From Eledone cirrhosa (Eukaryota), in NCBI GenBank assembly GCA_964016885.1, contig OZ024747.1, forward strand, positions 88,164,001 to 88,228,000: 64,000 nucleotides of DNA. Reading direction: 5' to 3'. Shown here one piece after another: positions 63,681-64,000 of the stretch. Position numbers and translations under genes: made by a program. Each line of letters opens with the position of its first letter. The first letter of the stretch is position 1. Under the pieces are notes generated by a model. The model had not been told where the DNA came from and did no database searches. It was given only the letters and a program-made list of their open reading frames with translations.

Positions 63681-64000
63681 TATTTGTACAGATTAAAGTT
63701 TAAGCAAAGAATTGCTGCTTTCACCCTTTAACAAGATCCTCAGAAGATCTCATTAAAGGGTGAAAGCAGCAATTCTTTGCTTAAACTTTAATCTGTACAA
63801 ATAATAAATATTTGCTGTACAGGTTTTATATATACAATCCTTATCGATTCCTCTTCAGATTTTAGTCTTCATAATTATTATTATATATACAGGGTGTGAA
63901 CAATATTTGTTCGCAAGATTACTTTCTATGAAAAAATAACACAGTAGTTTTATTTTTTAAGATTTATTTATCAAACTTGGGTCAGTTTGTCTTCATGACT

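Overview
AT-rich, repeat-dense eukaryotic genomic DNA, not prokaryotic. The SINE, RTE and MITE content looks like an octopus (coleoid cephalopod) genome, which is my inference. The window lies inside one large plus-strand gene of the OSBPL3/6/7 (oxysterol-binding protein-related, ORP6-like) family. Seven GT-AG exons (4442-4678, 21615-21668, 25221-25334, 31376-31526, 33753-33914, 34591-34682, 44860-44976) splice in frame to 309 codons covering the PH domain and the following helical region; the gene start and the lipid-binding ORD domain are outside the window. The introns hold RTE-clade LINEs (one young family with a PHD finger inside the RT C-terminal region and a copy-number-variable 112-bp 3'UTR unit), Penelope-like element remnants, a Helitron helicase fragment, piggyBac-like and Tc1/mariner MITEs, tRNA-like SINEs and (TA)n microsatellites. 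The most unusual signal is a set of short non-coding elements sitting in (TA)n tracts, arranged as partial tandems or snap-back inverted repeats, several with minimal type I hammerhead ribozyme folds. One near-intact fold (39734-39776, minus strand) lies inside a 440-bp-period direct-repeat unit, resembling a retrozyme or non-autonomous Penelope derivative.
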